DNA from: an uncultured Acidobacteriota bacterium
GTDB taxonomy: Bacteria; Acidobacteriota; Terriglobia; UBA7540
NCBI GenBank assembly: GCA_963804995.1
Contig: CAWDSK010000003.1
Location: 1,344,001 to 1,408,000 of the forward strand
DNA: 64,000 bases
Direction of reading: 5' to 3'
The position numbers were made by a program, and so were the translations under genes. Below the pieces are notes generated by a model, which had not been told where the DNA came from, did not search any database, and saw nothing but the letters and a program-made list of their open reading frames with translations. This document shows positions 60,115-64,000 of this stretch, piece by piece. The number at the start of each line of letters is the position of its first letter. Position 1 is the first letter of the stretch.

Positions 60115-61495
60115 CTACTTCTTTTTTAAATCCTCCGGCTCATCAATCAGGCGGCCGAGCATTTCATAGACACGCATCAGCGCGTGATTCACCATCCGCT
60201 CACCCGCCCCTACTTCGATAAGCGTGGCGGTGCTGGCGGCGCCGTAGCCACCCCGCGAGGCGGCGAGCACGGTGGGGAAATACCCAAAATCCCCATTCGC
60301 ATAGCCCATGAAAAAGGCGTCGGGGACCGGGCAGCGATTGCGCCAATCGTTTTGGAAATCCACAAAGGGCTCGCCCGGCATGGTCATGAAGGCGATGCGT
60401 TTGTTAATGAGCAGCGTGCCCACAGGCAGCCGCATGGGTTCGTGGTAATTGCGGTCAAAGCTCGCCGCCGCTTCGGCGCCCCAGGAGGTCAGCATGGCGG
60501 CGCGGAATTTTTCCACGTTCCAGCGCAGGTGCATATCCAGCAAATCTTCGGTGAACTGCAACTTCGCCTCGGGCTCCGGCTGGGTCACGATGCTTTTCGC
60601 CACCCGCACGGCTTCCTGGCCAATGCGATCGCCCGTCCAATCGCGGCGCCCCACGGCGTCCTCCGTCAGCGGCGTGACCGCGTAGAAGGGATTGATGTCA
60701 CCGTCCCCGCCTTGCAGGAAGAAGCAGACCGGGGCCGCGCGGGAATTTTCCTTGGCGAACGCCCGCTCCACGGTCACGTCCATCACCCCCGGCCAGTCGG
60801 CGGAGTATTGCAGGTTGTCAGGACCAAAGATTACCGGATGGCAAGCGTAGTTCACCAGGATGGCAATGGGGTCGCCGGCCGTGTTGTCGATGCGCAGGAT
60901 CGACACCGTGGGATCGACGGGCGACGTCGGCACCATGGTGTGGTTGATCATGAACCAGCCGAAGCGGCCGTCGGGTTGCTCGCGCAGGCGGTTATGGCCG
61001 ATGTACGCCACACCGTAGCCCGTCCCCAGTTCGAGCTTCTACGGCACTCTGGAGCGCTGCCCCGAGCGCGCCCTCGACCTTTTCCAAGACCGGGGTTTCC
61101 CAGTCGGGGCCCTCGAGCGGTGGATACTCATCGGGGATGTCAGGACCCGCATGGCTGTGAATGCCTGCCTGCAAGACGTAGGTGATGCCGTATTTCTCCT
61201 TCGCGTCCCGGCGTAAGCGCTCAACCCAGGCCGGAGCGAAAACCCGGCCCAGGTCACAGACCACCATGGCGATCCGCTGCTCCCCGGTCTCCAAAACCAA
61301 CACCCGCGCGTACAGCGGGTCCAGGATGCCGGTCGCCCCTGCCGTGCGGCTGCCGTATCCGTACATCTTCAGTCCCAGAGGCGGAGTAATGTCCACCTTG
61401 GCGGCGCCGGCTTTCATCGTGGCGCCCAGACCAATAATTGGAAACATCCATACGGCTATACACAAGATAGATAATTTCCGCATTGCGCTATGCAT
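60115..61495 (-). CDS. Neutral/alkaline ceramidase N-terminal-domain hydrolase, apparent +1 frameshift at about 61030
   Basis: Signal peptide, AGAAKVDITP, DPLYARVLVL and HSHAGP; then NYACHP, SADWPG, PGEPF and GYANG. Confidence 0.82.
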
Positions 61496-61802
61496 GAGGC
61501 CTCCCAAACACTCCAGGATCGGATCGCAGGGCGACACTCTACCAGCCCGGGGGACAAGGTTCAAGGGTCTCGGCGTCACCCTCCGGGTTCCATCAAAGTC
61601 CGCACGAGTTGAAAAAGGCCCCTCCCGGGTCGGAAGTCCCGGCGTCAGAAATCCGGGTAAACCTCGCGTCAGGGTTATGCTATGCTACGCGCCGGTGACG
61701 GGTGTTCGGTCATTATGACAGTGGCGGCGTGTCCCACATGTTGCTCAACGCGGGGCAAAGCGGGCGTTGTCCCACGTACTTTTCCAAAAGGAAGGATTTC
61801 GA

Positions 61803-63129
61803 ATGGTTCGAGACCCCAAGGCAATTTTTCCCCGTTCAGCTCAAATGACAGAGATTTCACGCCGCTACGTTGCGGGTGGAGCAAGCAGCGCGGTGCGCTC
61901 CACTGCGAAGCCGTTGCCACTCTTCTTCCAGTCCGCATCCGGCTCACACATGGTCGATGTGGATGGAAGGACGTATATCGATTACGCCCTGGCATGGGGT
62001 CCGTTGATCCTGGGGCATTGTCATCCCGCGATTGTCAAAGCAGTGGAAGAGCAGATCCATAAGTTCATGATCGTCGGCGCCCAGCATGAATTGGAAATCA
62101 AGGTGGGAGAAAAGATTTGCAAGATGGTTCCAGGCGCTGAACTCGTGGCCTTCAGCAGCACAGGCTCTGAGGTCGTGCAAATGGCATTGCGCCTCGCGCG
62201 GGCGTTCACGGGCCGGAGCAAGTTCATAAGGTTTGAAGGACACTATCACGGCTGGCACGATAATGTCCTGGTCGGCTACCATCCCAAACGTGTGGATGGA
62301 AAAGTGGAGAATCCCCCCTATACGGAAGGCGCGAACGAGAAGGCCGGGGAGGAAGTGATTGCTCTCAATTGGAACGACCTCTCCGAGCTTGAATCCGTTT
62401 TGAAGGCCCGGCATGAAGAGATCGCGGCGATCATTACCGAACCTATTCTGTGCAACTGCTCCTGCGTCATGCCGGCGCCCGGATATCTGGCGGGGATGCG
62501 GGAACTGGCCACGCGCTACGGTGTGGTGCTGATCTTCGATGAAGTGATCACGGGATTTCGCGTCGCACCCGGGGGAGCGCAGGAGTTGTACGGAATTACC
62601 CCGGACCTGTTGACTCTCGGCAAGGCCGTAGCGGGCGGCCTCCCGCTGAGCGTGGTGGCGGGAAAAAGAGAAATCATGGACCTGATCGCCCAGCGCCGGG
62701 TCATGCATGGCGGCACCTTCAACGGCCACCCGGTGGCTCTAGCGGCAGCGCTTGCAACGCTTGAGACTCTGGACGCCAATCAGGGCGCGTTGTTGCGACA
62801 GGTCCGAAAAATCGGGGAATCATTGATGGAGGGAATCAGGAAGCTGGCCAACGAAGCGGGAATCCCCATCCTAATCAATGGAGTTGGCTCGGTTTTTCAT
62901 GTATCCTTCACTCATCGGACCGAGATGCGGAATTTCTGGGATACCCTCGATGCCGACGTGCGGGCCCGTGACGTGTTCCTGGGAGCGTTGGTGGAGTCCG
63001 GAGTCTACCCACTCCCGGATGGCCGGTGGTACGTCTCCGCAGCGCATGACGAAGCGGACGTTCGAAGCCTCACTCGCAGCGGTCCGCGAGGTATTTCGAA
63101 AACATAAGCAGCAACTGATTCCGGCCTGA
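61803..63129 (+). CDS. Class III aminotransferase (glutamate-1-semialdehyde aminomutase-like), apparent +1 frameshift near the 3' end (about 63062)
   Basis: DVDGRTYIDY, FEGHYHG, IFDEVITGFR, LGKAVAGG, GTFNGHP; corrected end DVEASLAAVREVF. Confidence 0.87.
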
Positions 63130-63236
63130 GCCATCAAGCCGTTGTATCTGCAAAAAGGGAATGCGCAGAGTCGCAACAAAAGTGAGAGAATAGGTTCAAG
63201 GGCCAAGAGTTAACGCCAAAAAAGTGAGGTCAAATC

Positions 63237-63998
63237 ATGGATACTAAGCAGCCCCGGTCAAAGTCCAGCAAGACTACCCGAAGGAATTTTCTTGAAACCA
63301 GCAGCGTGGCTCTCTTGGGCCTCTCCCTGCCAGCCCATACACCTGCTGCTGTGCGCAGCGGCTCGTTGGCGGTGTCCGGAGGCACCCCCACCGTTACCGT
63401 CCCCCACGAAAAGTTCGAGGAGATCGTGAAATGGCCGCGCTACGGCGAGGAAGAGAAGAGTGTGATCACGCGCCTCCTCGACAACAATAAGTTCTATGAT
63501 GAGATTCCGGTACTCGAAAAGGAGATGAAGGAGTACTTTCATGCGCCGTTCGTGAAAACGCAGATGAACGGCACCAGCGCCTTGCTCTCCTTGTTCTTCG
63601 CGCTCGATCTACCGCCGGGCAGCGAAATCCTGGCCCCCTCTTACACAGCCTGGGCTACCACCGCGCCGATGCACATTTTCGGTCTGGTGCCGGCCTTTGT
63701 CGACATCAACCCCCGCACCATGACCTTCGATGTCGAGTACGCCAAGAAATGCGTGAACAGTCAAACCAAAGCGGTTCTTCCCATGCACGCGTTTGGAATG
63801 CCCTGCGACATGGACGTGATCTCCGACTTTGCCAAAGAGCACGGCCTGATTGTACTGGAAGATGTTGCGCAGGCGTTCGGAGCTTCGTTAAAAGGAAAGC
63901 TCCTCGGCACCTGGGGTGCAATGGGTATCTGCAGTTTCCAGGCCAGCAAGATCCTGCCGAGCATCGAAGGCGGATTGGGAATCTACCAGACCCGTGAG
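63237..63998 (+). CDS. DegT/DnrJ/EryC1/StrS aminotransferase with a Tat signal, truncated by the right edge
   Basis: Hand translation MDTKQ...TRRNFL..., NGTSAL, EDVAQAFG, SFQASKILPSIEGG; GAGG RBS. Confidence 0.87.
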   Translation, partial: MDTKQPRSKSSKTTRRNFLETSSVALLGLSLPAHTPAAVRSGSLAVSGGTPTVTVPHEKFEEIVKWPRYGEEEKSVITRLLDNNKFYDEIPVLEKEMKEYFHAPFVKTQMNGTSALLSLFFALDLPPGSEILAPSYTAWATTAPMHIFGLVPAFVDINPRTMTFDVEYAKKCVNSQTKAVLPMHAFGMPCDMDVISDFAKEHGLIVLEDVAQAFGASLKGKLLGTWGAMGICSFQASKILPSIEGGLGIYQTRE

Positions 63999-64000
63999 TA

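Noticed and set aside
61803..63129. Assigning the symbol hemL
   Set aside because: The fold matches, but there is no tetrapyrrole gene context and the family has many paralogs.
1..64000. tRNA, rRNA, known riboswitches, prophage, reverse transcriptase or defence nucleases
   Set aside because: None recognised by eye; a covariance-model scan would be needed to exclude small RNAs.

Overview
GC-rich bacterial chromosomal window, most likely Acidobacteriota (Terriglobia-like), inferred from the TonB receptor architecture, the FtsQ N-terminus and the gene neighbourhoods. 1-20 kb holds a minus-strand division/cell-wall cluster (mraZ-small ORF-rsmH-ftsL-ftsI-murE-murF-mraY-murD-ftsW-murG-murC-ftsQ-ftsA-ftsZ, without murB or ddl) with a clear sigma70 promoter and MraZ boxes. 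20-35 kb holds secreted hydrolases, a RelE/HigA-type TA pair, a Tat-signal DegT aminotransferase, a TonB-dependent receptor, an SPFH protein, a GH29 fucosidase and a STAS protein. 35-45 kb is a mobile/repeat hot spot. It contains an IS110-family (IS1111-like) element whose ends, GATG core and RNA-guide (bridge/seek RNA) target-binding loop can all be read directly: the two guide segments together spell the 18-bp insertion site, and an unoccupied copy of that site lies about 270 bp upstream. It also contains an IS630 nested in the predicted donor-binding loop, an intact IS1634, a VapBC pair between ~126-bp direct repeats and a five-unit array of sigma28-like promoter motifs. 45-64 kb holds an ECF sigma/anti-sigma/DUF3106 set, rimO-yacG-pgpA-NHL-cinA-thpR-plsY-gpsA, a triple TonB-C protein, a ceramidase-like hydrolase and two aminotransferases. 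Six apparent +1 frameshifts can each be repaired at a GTCGA motif, which suggests sequencing errors at a modified-base motif rather than pseudogenes. Product calls come from motif recognition only; no database searches were run.
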